64,000 nucleotides of DNA from Desulfobacterales bacterium (GTDB lineage: Bacteria > Desulfobacterota > Desulfobacteria > Desulfobacterales > UBA5852), in the NCBI GenBank assembly GCA_963674755.2, contig CAXXVS010000002.1, positions 992,001-1,056,000 on the forward strand, read 5' to 3'. This document shows, one piece after another, positions 19,629 to 30,537 of this stretch. The notes below the pieces were generated by a model. The model saw nothing but the letters and a program-made list of their open reading frames with translations, had not been told where the DNA came from and made no database searches. Position 1 is the stretch's first letter. Every line of letters starts with the position of its first letter. The position numbers and the translations under genes are program-made.

Positions 19629-20624
19629 TTATAGAGAATCCGAGGAATGCACCCGATCGGCTCTGTGGTGCAGGATGACACTGGTGGCGACGAAAAGCAA
19701 TCCCATTACCATGATCCCGGCCAATAGTGCCGCCGTGCCGAAATTTTGAAGCGCGATCACAATGGCGCCGATCAAAACTTGTATAATGCCGTAACCGACG
19801 GAAACTTTCCAGTGGGGCAGTCCCAATTCGTTGACCAGCACTTGGTAAAGGTGGCGACGATGGGCCACCAGGATCTGATCGCCCTCCACGATGCGTATCC
19901 CGAAGGTCGTTGCGGCGTCCGCATAAATGAGAAAGAAAAAAGCGGCACACGTTACGACACCGAGCAAAGTTGCGTTGGAACGCCAGGCGATCGCCGCAAA
20001 CAAGAATCCCAGAAAAACGCTGCCCGTATCTCCCATAAAGACTTTGGCACGGGGAAGGTTAAAAGGCAGAAATCCGATGCAGGCCGCAACCATACAAAGA
20101 TCGAGCAAAATGAACGGGGCGGGAGTACCCTGCAACAGGCCATAGATCGCCAACAACCCGAAGCCAACCGAAGCGGAGATACCGGCAATCCCATTGATGC
20201 CGTCCATGAAGTTAAAAAAATTGGCCGTCCCCGCAATAAACAATGTTCCCATGATAATGCTCAACAGCGGCGGCAAGGCGGCCGGACCGAAAAGCGGATT
20301 CGCCCCTAAGAGCACGACGATGGCGCAGCCAAGCTGCATCAGCAAACGCTTGGATTTTGACAACTCCATGCGGTCATCCACCAGGCCGATTAGAGAAATG
20401 ATGCTGGCGGGACCCCACAGCGTGATCGGAATGGCGTTTAGCAGACTGACCAAGACAAAAGCGCAAACAATCCCCACGCCCCCGCCTTTTGGTGTGGGAC
20501 GCCTATGGGAACTGCGGTAACCCGGTAGATCCATCAATCCGTAACTGCCGCCAAGCTTTATCACGATCCATGCCCCAAGCGCGCCCAGGCACATGGATAA
20601 CAGACTATAGAAAAGCCAGTTCAT
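19629..20624 (-). CDS. MraY/WecA/WbpL-family undecaprenyl-phosphate glycosyl-1-phosphate transferase
   Basis: RSSHRRPTPKGGG, GLVDD, NFFNFMDGINGI, FMGDTGS, AHRRHLYQ. Confidence 0.93.
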   Translation of the reverse strand: MNWLFYSLLSMCLGALGAWIVIKLGGSYGLMDLPGYRSSHRRPTPKGGGVGIVCAFVLVSLLNAIPITLWGPASIISLIGLVDDRMELSKSKRLLMQLGCAIVVLLGANPLFGPAALPPLLSIIMGTLFIAGTANFFNFMDGINGIAGISASVGFGLLAIYGLLQGTPAPFILLDLCMVAACIGFLPFNLPRAKVFMGDTGSVFLGFLFAAIAWRSNATLLGVVTCAAFFFLIYADAATTFGIRIVEGDQILVAHRRHLYQVLVNELGLPHWKVSVGYGIIQVLIGAIVIALQNFGTAALLAGIMVMGLLFVATSVILHHRADRVHSSDSL

Positions 20625-20671
20625 TCAGATGGACCAATGTCTACTTTTGTGAGGGGGTGCGGGCGGGTTTC

Positions 20672-21370
20672 TCACAACGGGAACATCTCGTCTGGCGTCA
20701 TCGACATCCGCAGTATGTGAAACGCTTCGGCATAGCCCATTCCGGCCTGACTTCCCCTAAACAGCGCCAGTGCCTTCAGCGCCTCGATGGATCTAGATTG
20801 AGGGAACGTCTGCAGTTGGCTCTGATAGCACTGCATGGCATCGACCTTTAGGTCGATGTAATCCGAGATGTCGATGCACCAGTTGGGCGTAAAATTCGGT
20901 TCGAGATGCGGCGCGTTCCAGTGGGTTTCCGAAATGGTCTCATAGGCAGCGCAAATCTTGATGCCACGTCCCACATCCACCGGACGGGAAGCTACCATGC
21001 AGGCTTCAAACACCATTCGATGATCCACATGACGATCCACGTAGGGTATCAGGAGGACATCCGGTGCGACTTTCTTAATGATGTTGAACACCATGCCGTT
21101 GAATTCCGGTACATCGATTTTACCCAGCAAGACAGCCGGGTTGTCCAGGAAAATGGATTCTTTGACGCCTATCAGACGGTGGGCCTGTTTGGCTTCTTCA
21201 ACCGTGCGTTCATGAACCTCTTCGGGATAAAGGGGCGGCATATGAGCGGCAATGGTGCCGACGGTCACATCCCCGCCCTGTCTAGCAAAACGCGCCATGG
21301 TGCCGGCTGTTCCAAGTACCTCGTCATCCGGATGGGGGGCAATAACCAGCAAGTGCGGCGTGTCTCTCAT
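20672..21370 (-). CDS. PIG-L/LmbE-family N-deacetylase
   Basis: IAPHPDDEVLG, DRHVDH, CYQSQ, RGSQAG..YAEAF. Confidence 0.92.
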   Translation of the reverse strand: MRDTPHLLVIAPHPDDEVLGTAGTMARFARQGGDVTVGTIAAHMPPLYPEEVHERTVEEAKQAHRLIGVKESIFLDNPAVLLGKIDVPEFNGMVFNIIKKVAPDVLLIPYVDRHVDHRMVFEACMVASRPVDVGRGIKICAAYETISETHWNAPHLEPNFTPNWCIDISDYIDLKVDAMQCYQSQLQTFPQSRSIEALKALALFRGSQAGMGYAEAFHILRMSMTPDEMFPL

Positions 21371-21387
21371 GTTCTCACCTTTTGCCT

Positions 21388-22338
21388 TTAATAAACGTCG
21401 CTATCGCCCTGACTGAAATGCCAGGGGATCGCTTTAAGAGTTTTATCCGATTCAATGACGGGCTTAAAAAAAATAAAGCGTTCCGGGTGTTCGATCTGAA
21501 ATCCACAGGCCGCATAAAGCGATTCATCCATGTGGCCTTTGGACAGCCAACACGTAAGCGTACCGGCACCTGAACGTACGGCGAAATCATGGCAGAAACG
21601 CAGTGCGTCCTCTACGAGTGAAGGTTGGGTATCGGCGACATGCAGCTCGCAGATATGAACCAAACGTTTGTCACCCTCGGAATAAAATTTGAGAACCAAT
21701 AAGCCTTGATCGTTGTCGATCAGAAAACGGTGATACGTGCAATCCGGTTTACGGTAGCGCCAATTCAGGTAATCCGCATCACGATGCACACCGACCGGAA
21801 AGGAGCAACGGTTCCAGATGTCGGTGGCCCGGACGTCGAAGGATTCGACGTTTTGATAGCTGTGGCGAAACGGCTTGCGGGCGGGCTCCACAACCGAGGC
21901 ACTGCGCAAGGGGACCCGCATCAATTCGGTCCAGCCGGCTCGGCGGAAGCTTTTTTCCGAATTCGGATTGGGGAGAATATAGGCCAGCTCACCGGCATCG
22001 GTCATGTCCTGCCAGCAACGGAAACCGTGCTGGTGTGCAAGGCCCTTACCGCGATAGGCAGGATCCGTCATGATATCCACCATGGTGCGGCCCTTCCTTA
22101 CTTCGCCGTTGACCCGAATCGCCCGGGGCAAGGTCGCAATCATGGAAACAAGCCCGATGGCCGAGCGGATCACATAAACGTTTGCCGTCCCCAAAGGGTT
22201 TTTGAAAAATTGCCACTCGACAAGGCTTCGTGTCGTCTGTACATGGGGCATGCAGGTTTGCCGCAGGGCAATAATCTGATCAATGTCTTCATGCGTGGCC
22301 AATTCAATGGTTGGGTTTTCCATTATCCGATTTCCCAT
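21388..22338 (-). CDS. GNAT-family acyltransferase
   Basis: EWQFFKNP, DIMTDPAYRGKGL, YLNWRY, C-terminal GDSDVY. Confidence 0.8.
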   Translation of the reverse strand: MGNRIMENPTIELATHEDIDQIIALRQTCMPHVQTTRSLVEWQFFKNPLGTANVYVIRSAIGLVSMIATLPRAIRVNGEVRKGRTMVDIMTDPAYRGKGLAHQHGFRCWQDMTDAGELAYILPNPNSEKSFRRAGWTELMRVPLRSASVVEPARKPFRHSYQNVESFDVRATDIWNRCSFPVGVHRDADYLNWRYRKPDCTYHRFLIDNDQGLLVLKFYSEGDKRLVHICELHVADTQPSLVEDALRFCHDFAVRSGAGTLTCWLSKGHMDESLYAACGFQIEHPERFIFFKPVIESDKTLKAIPWHFSQGDSDVY

Positions 22339-22453
22339 GGGGGCGTTCTGGCCGAATCAACATACGCTGGTGGACAACGCTTGATTATAAATCACTTGAT
22401 CCGCTTATACCCAAAAGCGACCTTTGCTCCACTACCGATAAAACTAACTGATA

Positions 22454-23446
22454 TCAAAAGGTATGATGCTTCCCGGTTATGATTGCAGCCTGCCAGCCGC
22501 GCTTGAGGTCATATTGGGGGTGGAAGCCTATCTGGCGGCATAGCAAGTCGCCCCGAGCCGCAACATCTTCCATGACCTTATCCACCAGAAGACGCAATTT
22601 GGGGGTTGGCAGCTGGAGTGTTTCGGTTAATCGATCGGCCAAGCCTGCCATTATTTGCACCGGGCGGCGGGGCAAACGCAAGCGGGGTGGTCTCTTGCCC
22701 AAAGCATGGGCAATGGCTGTAACAACCTCGTTCAGGGTGTGGATTCGGTCATCGGTGACATTGAAAATAGCGCTCGCCGCGTTGGGATGTTCGGCTGCCA
22801 GAATGGCGGCCCGCACAAGATCGTCGATGTAAATCATTGTGCGACGATTCTGGCCGTCGCCGACCGGAAAAAATAGTCCACGGCGGATGGCCTTTACAAG
22901 GGTTTGATAGTTGCCCTGCAGCCGCGGGCCGTAAACAGCGGCAAGCCGTAGTACAACGACCGAAGAATGCAGGCTGTCCATAAAAATCTTGCGAACCCCC
23001 TCTTCCGACTGCGTCTTTGTTTCGGCATAGAGTGATTGGGGATTGAGCATTGACGATTCCGTATGGGGGGCACTGCCGAAACTAGGGCCGTAAACACTGA
23101 TGGTGCTGAAATGCACCATGCGTCTAACTCCGGCATCGAGAGCAGCCCAGGCCACGTTCATGGCCCCATCAACATTGATCCGGCGGTATTCCTCCGACTG
23201 GTTCGGAGAGGGGTTGTTGAGATGTAATTTGGCCGCCAAGTGAAAAACGACATCAACGCCGTCCATAGCCGGTCTAACAGAATCAAAGTCCACAATGTTA
23301 CCGCTAAAACGCTCAACCGCAGCCGCGAAAAGCGACGGATCGGAGGCACGGCGGGCCAGAGTCCTGACCGTCCAGTTTTCCGCCAGCAATTGATTCACGA
23401 GAGCCGGCCCGATCATCCCGGTTGCGCCTGTTACCAAAGCACGCAT
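22454..23446 (-). CDS. NAD-dependent epimerase/dehydratase
   Basis: VTGATGMIG, HLAA, YAETK catalytic YxxxK. Confidence 0.92.
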   Translation of the reverse strand: MRALVTGATGMIGPALVNQLLAENWTVRTLARRASDPSLFAAAVERFSGNIVDFDSVRPAMDGVDVVFHLAAKLHLNNPSPNQSEEYRRINVDGAMNVAWAALDAGVRRMVHFSTISVYGPSFGSAPHTESSMLNPQSLYAETKTQSEEGVRKIFMDSLHSSVVVLRLAAVYGPRLQGNYQTLVKAIRRGLFFPVGDGQNRRTMIYIDDLVRAAILAAEHPNAASAIFNVTDDRIHTLNEVVTAIAHALGKRPPRLRLPRRPVQIMAGLADRLTETLQLPTPKLRLLVDKVMEDVAARGDLLCRQIGFHPQYDLKRGWQAAIITGKHHTF

Positions 23447-23451
23447 GGATC

Positions 23452-24222
23452 TTAACCTCTCACCCGGCGCAGTACAGCTAATTTCCAGAACCCTTTCGAT
23501 ATGAAAAAACGCGCCATACTACGGAAATGCCATTGCAAATATTTCAGACTGTGATGGCTATCACCGCGTCCATCATGCACTGCCCTGGCATCCAAGCATT
23601 GAAGTACGGGCATGTTGGCCATCTTCAGGCGTGCGCAGATATCGACATCTTCATAGTATAGGAAATAGCGCTCGTCGAAACCCTGGATCCTCCCAAAGCA
23701 TTCTCTGGTAAACAGCATGAACATTCCGCCAATCCAGTCGGGTTCGAAGACAGTTTCGGTCTGGGGGTAATCAAGTCCGAGCTGTCCGCCAATGGCCTTT
23801 TTTAGAATGCCCAAAGGAGTCGGGAACCGGCGGGCGCTGTTTTCATGCAATCCGTCCGGATTGACGATCATCGGGCCCGCTACCCCGTTGCCATGTGCCT
23901 TGAGGCAGTCCATTAGGACAGTGAAGGGATTTCCAATGAGACGGATGTCCGGATTCAGCACACCATAATAGTCCCCTCGCGCTTGTTGGAAGGCAAAATT
24001 GTGGTTGGCACCGAACCCCTTGGGATGACGGTTCCGGATGATGCGCAGCGGGAAAGGAAAGTCATGAGGCGTGAAGGAAAGCGGCTCCTCGGTGTTGACG
24101 GTGAAAAGGACTTCGACGGAGACCTGGTTTCCGAGAGCCGCAATATCCTCAAGCAATTGTCGGGCAAGGGCCGCCTGATTGTGAACGACGATTGAGATGG
24201 AAAGTTGGGGGGTATCCGTCAT
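23452..24222 (-). CDS. glycosyltransferase family 2 (rhamnosyltransferase-like)
   Basis: GFGANHN, LNPD, GFDERYFLYYEDVD. Confidence 0.9.
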   Translation of the reverse strand: MTDTPQLSISIVVHNQAALARQLLEDIAALGNQVSVEVLFTVNTEEPLSFTPHDFPFPLRIIRNRHPKGFGANHNFAFQQARGDYYGVLNPDIRLIGNPFTVLMDCLKAHGNGVAGPMIVNPDGLHENSARRFPTPLGILKKAIGGQLGLDYPQTETVFEPDWIGGMFMLFTRECFGRIQGFDERYFLYYEDVDICARLKMANMPVLQCLDARAVHDGRGDSHHSLKYLQWHFRSMARFFISKGFWKLAVLRRVRG

Positions 24223-24240
24223 GTAAACGCGGCAGAACAG

Positions 24241-25320
24241 CTAAAAAAATGGTCCCTTTGTCGGCAGGGGCCGGAAGATGCCGCGTGCCGGAACGAAATC
24301 CATGACTACCTTTTCCGCTTTGCGAAGCCAGAATTCGACACTCAAAAATCTCAATCGGTCAAACACGTAGGTGACTAGATACATGCCAATGAGAAGCACC
24401 GTTGTGTGGAGGATACAATCGACGACGGCGTTGCCCGTCAGGGCCAGCTTCAAATTGATCGTCAGCCCGAATATTACGAAAAACTGCTGAATGAAATAAA
24501 GGGTAACGGGATAGATGCCAAATCGCAAAATCATCGACAGCGGGCGTTTGTCGGCAAATTGGCGGTTTTCCAAAAACAATGTCAGGCACAAGAGAATAAA
24601 CACAACGGCAAAGGTTGCCGCAATGCCATAAGCATTCGTACTCAATTCTTCTGAGCGCTCACAGTACGCATAGAAATACGCCAGATAGGGCGTGCTGGCG
24701 ACAAGCGTAAGGAAGACAATCCACAAGCGGTCATATTGGCTGATCCCCCATTTTGCGATCAGGTAGCCGCCCAGAAAATAAATGCCAAAGGGCCAGATGG
24801 GGGTATGGCCATGATCGGGACGCATCTCAGGCAGGAAAAACCAAAACATAATCAAAGCAAAAGCCCCCAAAAGCCTTACATCGTTCCGCCGGATATAGTT
24901 AAATAGACCGGCAATCGCATAGCAACCGCCGATGAGTTGAAAGATATCCCAGTCAATCCTAAAATTTTGATGGGTAATGATGTCGGCGCACCATGCCATC
25001 AGAAACAAGACAACACCATGGACCATCATGCGGAAAGGACAGCGGTACTTTCTTTCGTACAAAACGATCGCCATGCCCGAGACGGCAACAAACATGGGGC
25101 GGGTGTAGTAGTAGCCGATCATATAGATTTGATGCCCAACGAGGGAATGCTTCAAACCAAATACGATGGTTTGGTGCGGAATGGTCATCATAATGATGGC
25201 GAGCCCGCGAAGGATGTCGAGGGTTTTGATACGACCTTTGGGCAAGGATTTAGAAAAGGACGCGAGCAGCCATTTTGGGAAAGAGGCGGTTGTATCGGTT
25301 GCTGTCTTAGAGGGTGCCAT
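24241..25320 (-). CDS. DUF1624/HGSNAT-like integral membrane acyltransferase
   Basis: RIKTLDILRGLAIIMMTIPH, PMFVAVSG, WDIFQLIG; ~10 hydrophobic segments. Confidence 0.75.
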   Translation of the reverse strand: MAPSKTATDTTASFPKWLLASFSKSLPKGRIKTLDILRGLAIIMMTIPHQTIVFGLKHSLVGHQIYMIGYYYTRPMFVAVSGMAIVLYERKYRCPFRMMVHGVVLFLMAWCADIITHQNFRIDWDIFQLIGGCYAIAGLFNYIRRNDVRLLGAFALIMFWFFLPEMRPDHGHTPIWPFGIYFLGGYLIAKWGISQYDRLWIVFLTLVASTPYLAYFYAYCERSEELSTNAYGIAATFAVVFILLCLTLFLENRQFADKRPLSMILRFGIYPVTLYFIQQFFVIFGLTINLKLALTGNAVVDCILHTTVLLIGMYLVTYVFDRLRFLSVEFWLRKAEKVVMDFVPARGIFRPLPTKGPFF

Positions 25321-25381
25321 ATGTTGATTCGATCGATATGATATTCAAATTGTCGCGGGAACTGTCCGCGGTTATCCGATT

Positions 25382-25945
25382 TCAGGACTTTAAGAAAACA
25401 CCAAAGAGGCAATAAAAGGAAAGATGGTGGTTTATCCAGTTTGATTTGAAAGGGGTATAAAAAACAGTGGATTTAATGAAACCATTCCCTTGCATAATAT
25501 CGGTTAGCTTCTTTTCATCATAAAAAACTTTGTGATCGGCATCGCGGCGATAGCCTTTCACCCCGGGAACCCCGATTACCAGCCTCCCGCCGCGTTCGAT
25601 TATCCTGTGGAACTCATCAATAAGATCATCGGGTGAGGCAATGTGTTCAAGCACGTTATCTAAAATGACAGATTGAAAAGTTCCGTTTTCAAAGGGCAGC
25701 CGTCCATTTTCAATCAGTCGCGCATCGAGGCCCTTTTTCCGGCAGTAGGCAACAAGATAGGGGTTGATGTCGGCGCCGATCGTATTGCGGCGGGATTGAA
25801 GCATATCTCCGATACCGCAGCCGACGTCAAGGGTCAATCCCCTTAGGTGGTGACCAAGCCTGGGGTATAGATAGAATTTGCGATACAGCAATGCGCGCCA
25901 ACTTCGTTTCTTCAAATATTCAAAGTATTGTCCGTGTTCAGCCAT
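25382..25945 (-). CDS. class I SAM-dependent methyltransferase
   Basis: LDVGCGIG, LPF..F..V..NVLEHI, GGRLVI. Confidence 0.9.
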   Translation of the reverse strand: MAEHGQYFEYLKKRSWRALLYRKFYLYPRLGHHLRGLTLDVGCGIGDMLQSRRNTIGADINPYLVAYCRKKGLDARLIENGRLPFENGTFQSVILDNVLEHIASPDDLIDEFHRIIERGGRLVIGVPGVKGYRRDADHKVFYDEKKLTDIMQGNGFIKSTVFYTPFKSNWINHHLSFYCLFGVFLKS

Positions 25946-27005
25946 TGATGATCCCAAGTAAATTTTGGGTATTGGCCTCCTGGCGATAATTATCCGGCAA
26001 TAAATTGGGATTTTCGCTTAAAGGCCTTCTGGAAAGGCCGGCTGTTTTGATCATCAAATCGCTAAGCTCGGCATCGTCTTGAAACAAGTACCCGTTTTCC
26101 CCATTGGTAATGAGTTCCGCGTTGCCGTCAATATTCCTGACCAAACACGGCACGCCTAAATAGAGCGCCTCCAATACAGAGCGGGATACACCCTCAGTGA
26201 CAGACGGCAGTACTAAACAATCGGCTCGGGCCATCAGAGCATAAGGGGATTTAAGGTGGCCATGGAAAATTACCTTGTCCTCAATACGCAACTGTTTGGC
26301 AGACCGAACCAAGTCCGGCATCATTTCGCCGTCACCGACAATATCCAGATGATAGGCAATTTCTTTGGATTTTAAAGTCTGGGAAGCATGAAAAATCGTT
26401 TGTATTTTTTTAAGCGCTGTCAGACGGCCGACATAGATAAACCGATAGGGGCCCTTCTTTAAGGCGGAGCGCATTCGGTATGGGTGAAGAAAGCTTTCGT
26501 CAACGAAATTACCCACAATGTGTGGCTGTTTGCCACAATATTGCGCAATCTGATCCGCCATAACGGAATTCATGGCAATGACATGGTTGAACCACCTCAG
26601 AAACCAAAGATGAAAAGCTCCCACAAAAAAACCGAACTTCCCGAAGGCATACTGATAGTTAACGGGTAGATTGCCTCTGATGTAACTGCTCGTTGTGGCG
26701 CAATCAACACAAAAGAGATTTGTGAAATCAGCGGAAAAACAAAAGGATAGCGATACGTTCCTCCTACCCTTCCCTTCCCTACCAATCATCCGTCGGTAGG
26801 CGATGATTTTTTGAATAAGTGATTTGTGATTAGCTAACGAAACGATATTGATTGAGGGTGCGATCGCTGAATCAACACCAGGACCGGATTTAAGGTATAC
26901 AATGGATGTTGGATAATCCCGATTAATGATGTTCGCTAATGCAATAGCGCCTTTTATCGGTCCGGTCGGATGAGGTGATGGAAGGAGAATGAATATTTTT
27001 CTCAT
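25938..27005 (-). CDS. glycosyltransferase family 4
   Basis: YVGRL..LKK, LPSVTEGVSRSVLEA. Confidence 0.9.
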   Translation of the reverse strand: MRKIFILLPSPHPTGPIKGAIALANIINRDYPTSIVYLKSGPGVDSAIAPSINIVSLANHKSLIQKIIAYRRMIGREGKGRRNVSLSFCFSADFTNLFCVDCATTSSYIRGNLPVNYQYAFGKFGFFVGAFHLWFLRWFNHVIAMNSVMADQIAQYCGKQPHIVGNFVDESFLHPYRMRSALKKGPYRFIYVGRLTALKKIQTIFHASQTLKSKEIAYHLDIVGDGEMMPDLVRSAKQLRIEDKVIFHGHLKSPYALMARADCLVLPSVTEGVSRSVLEALYLGVPCLVRNIDGNAELITNGENGYLFQDDAELSDLMIKTAGLSRRPLSENPNLLPDNYRQEANTQNLLGIING

Positions 27006-27062
27006 TGGAATAACGAAATCATTGAGGAAAAGAGTTAATCGCTATCGTCCTATTGCGAGACA

Positions 27063-28160
27063 TCACACAGATTCAAGTAACTCCTCATATCGATTGATGA
27101 CATTCTTGAGCAAGAATTGTTCAGGCAGCAATGTTTCTTTCTGGCCTGAAGAAGGTTTTAATCGGAAGGCATTAAGCATTTCACGCGCTAATATGTCTGC
27201 GTTGCAGGGTTTTACTAAAATCCCCTGCTTTGTATTGGTGATAATGTCACGGATACAGCCCGGGTTGTCAAATGCGATGACTGGTGTCCCGAGTGCAAGG
27301 GATTCCAGTACGACATTAGGTAACCCTTCGTAACGTGATGATAGAACAAAATGATCTGCATGGTAGAAATAAGGATATGGATTATCTTTGAAACCACAAA
27401 GCGATATGAAGCTTGATAGGCCTTTTTGGGAAACGAGCCTTTTTAGCTTCCTTTTTAAAGGACCGTCCCCCAATATTGACAGATGAAGGTTTAACCGTTC
27501 TTTCGAAATTGATTCCATGGCATCAACAAGTATATCGAACCCCTTTTGAGACGTTAGAGACCCAACAGCTAAAAAATTAACTTTGTTTTTATCAAAAGGA
27601 TTTTTATAATCATTTGACAATTTTTTTATGTAGTCAATGTCAACGGGATTTCCTATATTCAGTATAACTTTAGATGGGACACGAAAATGGTTTATTAGAT
27701 CGTCTCTCATTGAATTTCCCAAGCAAATGACTCGGTCAGCTTTTGAATAAAATAGTTTTATAAGCAACGCAAATAATTTTGGAGATCTTTCACGATTTAA
27801 TAAAAAAGATGGCAAATTACTTTCTCGAATAAATACTTTTGTATTTCTGGGGAAAAGAGGCTTTAGTAAAATAAAGGCGAGATTGAGATGAAATAGGCTT
27901 GTTAATATAATATCTGGCCTTAGCTTCCAAACGGTCTTTAGTATAGGAAAAAAAGAGCGGCTTACGCGTTTTCGATTAAACGAAAATAAAGCAACATCAT
28001 TCGGTATCCTATTAAAAAGAGGCCCATCACTATCAATCAATGCTAAAAAAAGTGTAAATCTATTTCTTGAAAGATGCTTGATAATGGTAAGTAAAACTTT
28101 TTCGGCCCCTCCACACTGAGAAGAAGGTAGAATAAATAAAATTTTTGTTCGTTTATTCAA
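27063..28160 (-). CDS. glycosyltransferase family 4 (PglJ/WabH-like)
   Basis: GGAEKV, NPVD, QKGFD, SSRYEGLPNVVLES. Confidence 0.92.
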   Translation of the reverse strand: MNKRTKILFILPSSQCGGAEKVLLTIIKHLSRNRFTLFLALIDSDGPLFNRIPNDVALFSFNRKRVSRSFFPILKTVWKLRPDIILTSLFHLNLAFILLKPLFPRNTKVFIRESNLPSFLLNRERSPKLFALLIKLFYSKADRVICLGNSMRDDLINHFRVPSKVILNIGNPVDIDYIKKLSNDYKNPFDKNKVNFLAVGSLTSQKGFDILVDAMESISKERLNLHLSILGDGPLKRKLKRLVSQKGLSSFISLCGFKDNPYPYFYHADHFVLSSRYEGLPNVVLESLALGTPVIAFDNPGCIRDIITNTKQGILVKPCNADILAREMLNAFRLKPSSGQKETLLPEQFLLKNVINRYEELLESV

Positions 28161-28202
28161 GTATTTATTTTCGCATTGTTATAATGATTAAAATATTCTT
28201 TA

Positions 28203-29087
28203 TTATCTAATATGCTTTGCAATTATTTTCAGTAAAGGCATCTTTTTAATTTCATATTCCCATCGTTTATCGTAAAGAATAGGTCGTCTTTGAAATCTGG
28301 TAGGTGTTCCCCCTATTGAATGCCCTTGCGTACAATCCATATATTTTGAATATTGGTAATTTTCTATTCCTATAAAGTTGATGATCGATGCTATAGAATC
28401 CTTAGGTTCTTTAGTTAATTTTTCATAGGTGATTTCCAATACATTATGTGGATTTATCATTTTTATCATTCTAGAACAAATCAAATTGTATACATATGTA
28501 CTAAAAAAATAAGCAGCTTGTTTATATATATTTTTTTGGCATTTATCCCACTTTAACTTGGAAATGGTTACAGCCTTTATATCGCGCTTTAAATAAATGA
28601 ATTTGATATGATAATTGGTGTTTTTATAGATTTGTACGGCTTGCCACGGGCGTTTTGATGAATCAACTATATAGTTTGATTGGCTTATATAAAAGATCGT
28701 CTTATATAAATCATTTATATTCCTAAGTATACGTTTTTTTCTGCTATTTTTCAGTAATTTTTTAATATAAGCGTCTTTTTTAATAGAAATCAAGTATCTT
28801 ATCGCAAATCTTTTATTAAATTTCCATTCAATTATTGTTTCAAATTGTTTATCGATATTTTTTATATGTTCGTTACTTAAAACGTTTCTCCAGAATTTAC
28901 AATGTCTTAACCTTGCGCCACAGGAACAAGAATAATGCCATGATGCCCCGGTTCCTCGTTCATTATAATAGCCCCCGATATTTTGAAGTTCACCGCAAAA
29001 AAAAACATCGGGTGATCTGGATAGCATATCGCCGAGCAGGGTGGACCCTGATCGCGTGTCACAAATTATATAGACAATCGTTTTCAC
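28203..29087 (-). CDS. sulfotransferase
   Basis: TRSGSTLL PAPS-binding motif, GEL, CSCG..C.FW, VDSSK, LKRD, YEKL..P, HSIGG. Confidence 0.85.
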   Translation of the reverse strand: MKTIVYIICDTRSGSTLLGDMLSRSPDVFFCGELQNIGGYYNERGTGASWHYSCSCGARLRHCKFWRNVLSNEHIKNIDKQFETIIEWKFNKRFAIRYLISIKKDAYIKKLLKNSRKKRILRNINDLYKTIFYISQSNYIVDSSKRPWQAVQIYKNTNYHIKFIYLKRDIKAVTISKLKWDKCQKNIYKQAAYFFSTYVYNLICSRMIKMINPHNVLEITYEKLTKEPKDSIASIINFIGIENYQYSKYMDCTQGHSIGGTPTRFQRRPILYDKRWEYEIKKMPLLKIIAKHIR

Positions 29088-29151
29088 AGGATATTTTTGA
29101 ATTTAGGAGATTTACAAGTAAGATTTTTAAAAGATGACCACAAGGCAGTTT

Positions 29152-30537
29152 TTAACTTATCAGCGGCAGATAACAAAGCGTTTTTCCATAACGCTTTTTC
29201 AAGTATAGCAATACCCAAATATTCCATAATGCCAAGCTTAGTGTGCTTGATATAGCTGCGCCATAAATGCCCAACAACTTAATGAAAAACAAACTAAATA
29301 GAATATTTAAGATGCCTGTAAAAATCATGATATTACGGAAAACAATCTGGTTTCCAGTCATGTTCATAAAATATCCTGTGGACCCGGATGCCGAGCTGAC
29401 GAACTGTCCGATCACCAATAAGACCAGCGCTAAATAAGCTTTTGTAAAATCATTTCCAAATGCAATTGAAATCAAGGGCTTTCCAAATATAATCAAAAAA
29501 AGAAGAACTGGTATAGTGACAAAAAAAATAAGTTTTGAAGATTTTTGGGCTAGTAAAAACAATTCATCAATTCGACCATTAGCATAGAGCTCTGAAAATT
29601 TTGGGGCTGCCATACTGTTAATCGCGTAGAGCGCAAACATCGTTAATGTCGATAATTTTAAAGCAATGGAATAATATCCCACATCAGCTTCATTTCTAAA
29701 TATCCCCAACAAAACGATACCCGTTTGTGAAATGATAAAATGAATTGATGTGGTCATCATCATTGGAGAAGAAATAGCTACAATCTGTCGATAAGATACG
29801 GGGACGAGAACATCATTAATATGTGTTCTCTCTTTAAATCCTATAATTACAACGGCATATCCAATGAGAGCAGTGAGCACCCAGGCCGAAATTTGTGCGT
29901 AAACGGGATTACCCTGGTTATCGTAGGCCAAGGTCAAGCCTGACAGAACCAGAAGCATCGAAACCGAAGGCACGAGCTGCATTAGAGAAAATGCCTTGAT
30001 GATTCCCAAGCCCCGTATAGCTTGTGTGTATAAATCCATCAGAGACCTGAAGACGACAAACCATGCAGCAACTAGAAAAAACAATGATAAATTTGGTTTG
30101 TGATATATATGAATAGCAATGGGATCGGAAAAAAAAGCGATTAGCAAGCTCATACACACGGAGGCTATTATTACAATCGTTTGGGATTTTTTTAATAGCT
30201 TAAAGGCTGATGATGCTGAAAACTTGGAGATATATTCAGGAATCAGTCGTATAATCGAAGTATTCGTACCTACCAAAGAAAAAATTGAAAAAATCATAAA
30301 ACTTGCATTAATAATGGCAAGTGTCCCCAACATAGTGGCGCCGTAACAACGTGAAACAAAAATGCTGACCATCAATGATGCAAATGTTGCTAAAATTTTT
30401 GTTGATAAAGTCCAAAATGATCCTTCCAATATTTCAGAAAAATTTTTATCAGAGAGAAAAACGAAAATTTTTGAGAAAAATATATCATGCATTATATTAT
30501 AACCATGGCTCAAAGGATGCCGAAAATTAAACATCAT
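29152..30537 (-). CDS. wzx: Wzx-type flippase
   Basis: ~12 TMs, LGIF..ADVGYYSIA, PKFSELY, LLGIYGAAIS; start uncertain (30537/30534/30492). Confidence 0.88.
   Translation of the reverse strand: MMFNFRHPLSHGYNIMHDIFFSKIFVFLSDKNFSEILEGSFWTLSTKILATFASLMVSIFVSRCYGATMLGTLAIINASFMIFSIFSLVGTNTSIIRLIPEYISKFSASSAFKLLKKSQTIVIIASVCMSLLIAFFSDPIAIHIYHKPNLSLFFLVAAWFVVFRSLMDLYTQAIRGLGIIKAFSLMQLVPSVSMLLVLSGLTLAYDNQGNPVYAQISAWVLTALIGYAVVIIGFKERTHINDVLVPVSYRQIVAISSPMMMTTSIHFIISQTGIVLLGIFRNEADVGYYSIALKLSTLTMFALYAINSMAAPKFSELYANGRIDELFLLAQKSSKLIFFVTIPVLLFLIIFGKPLISIAFGNDFTKAYLALVLLVIGQFVSSASGSTGYFMNMTGNQIVFRNIMIFTGILNILFSLFFIKLLGIYGAAISSTLSLALWNIWVLLYLKKRYGKTLCYLPLIS

Noticed and set aside
19624..19950. N-terminal extension of the CapD/PglF ORF
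   Set aside because: Overlaps the upstream MraY-family gene; family-like sequence begins at MKRPFF.
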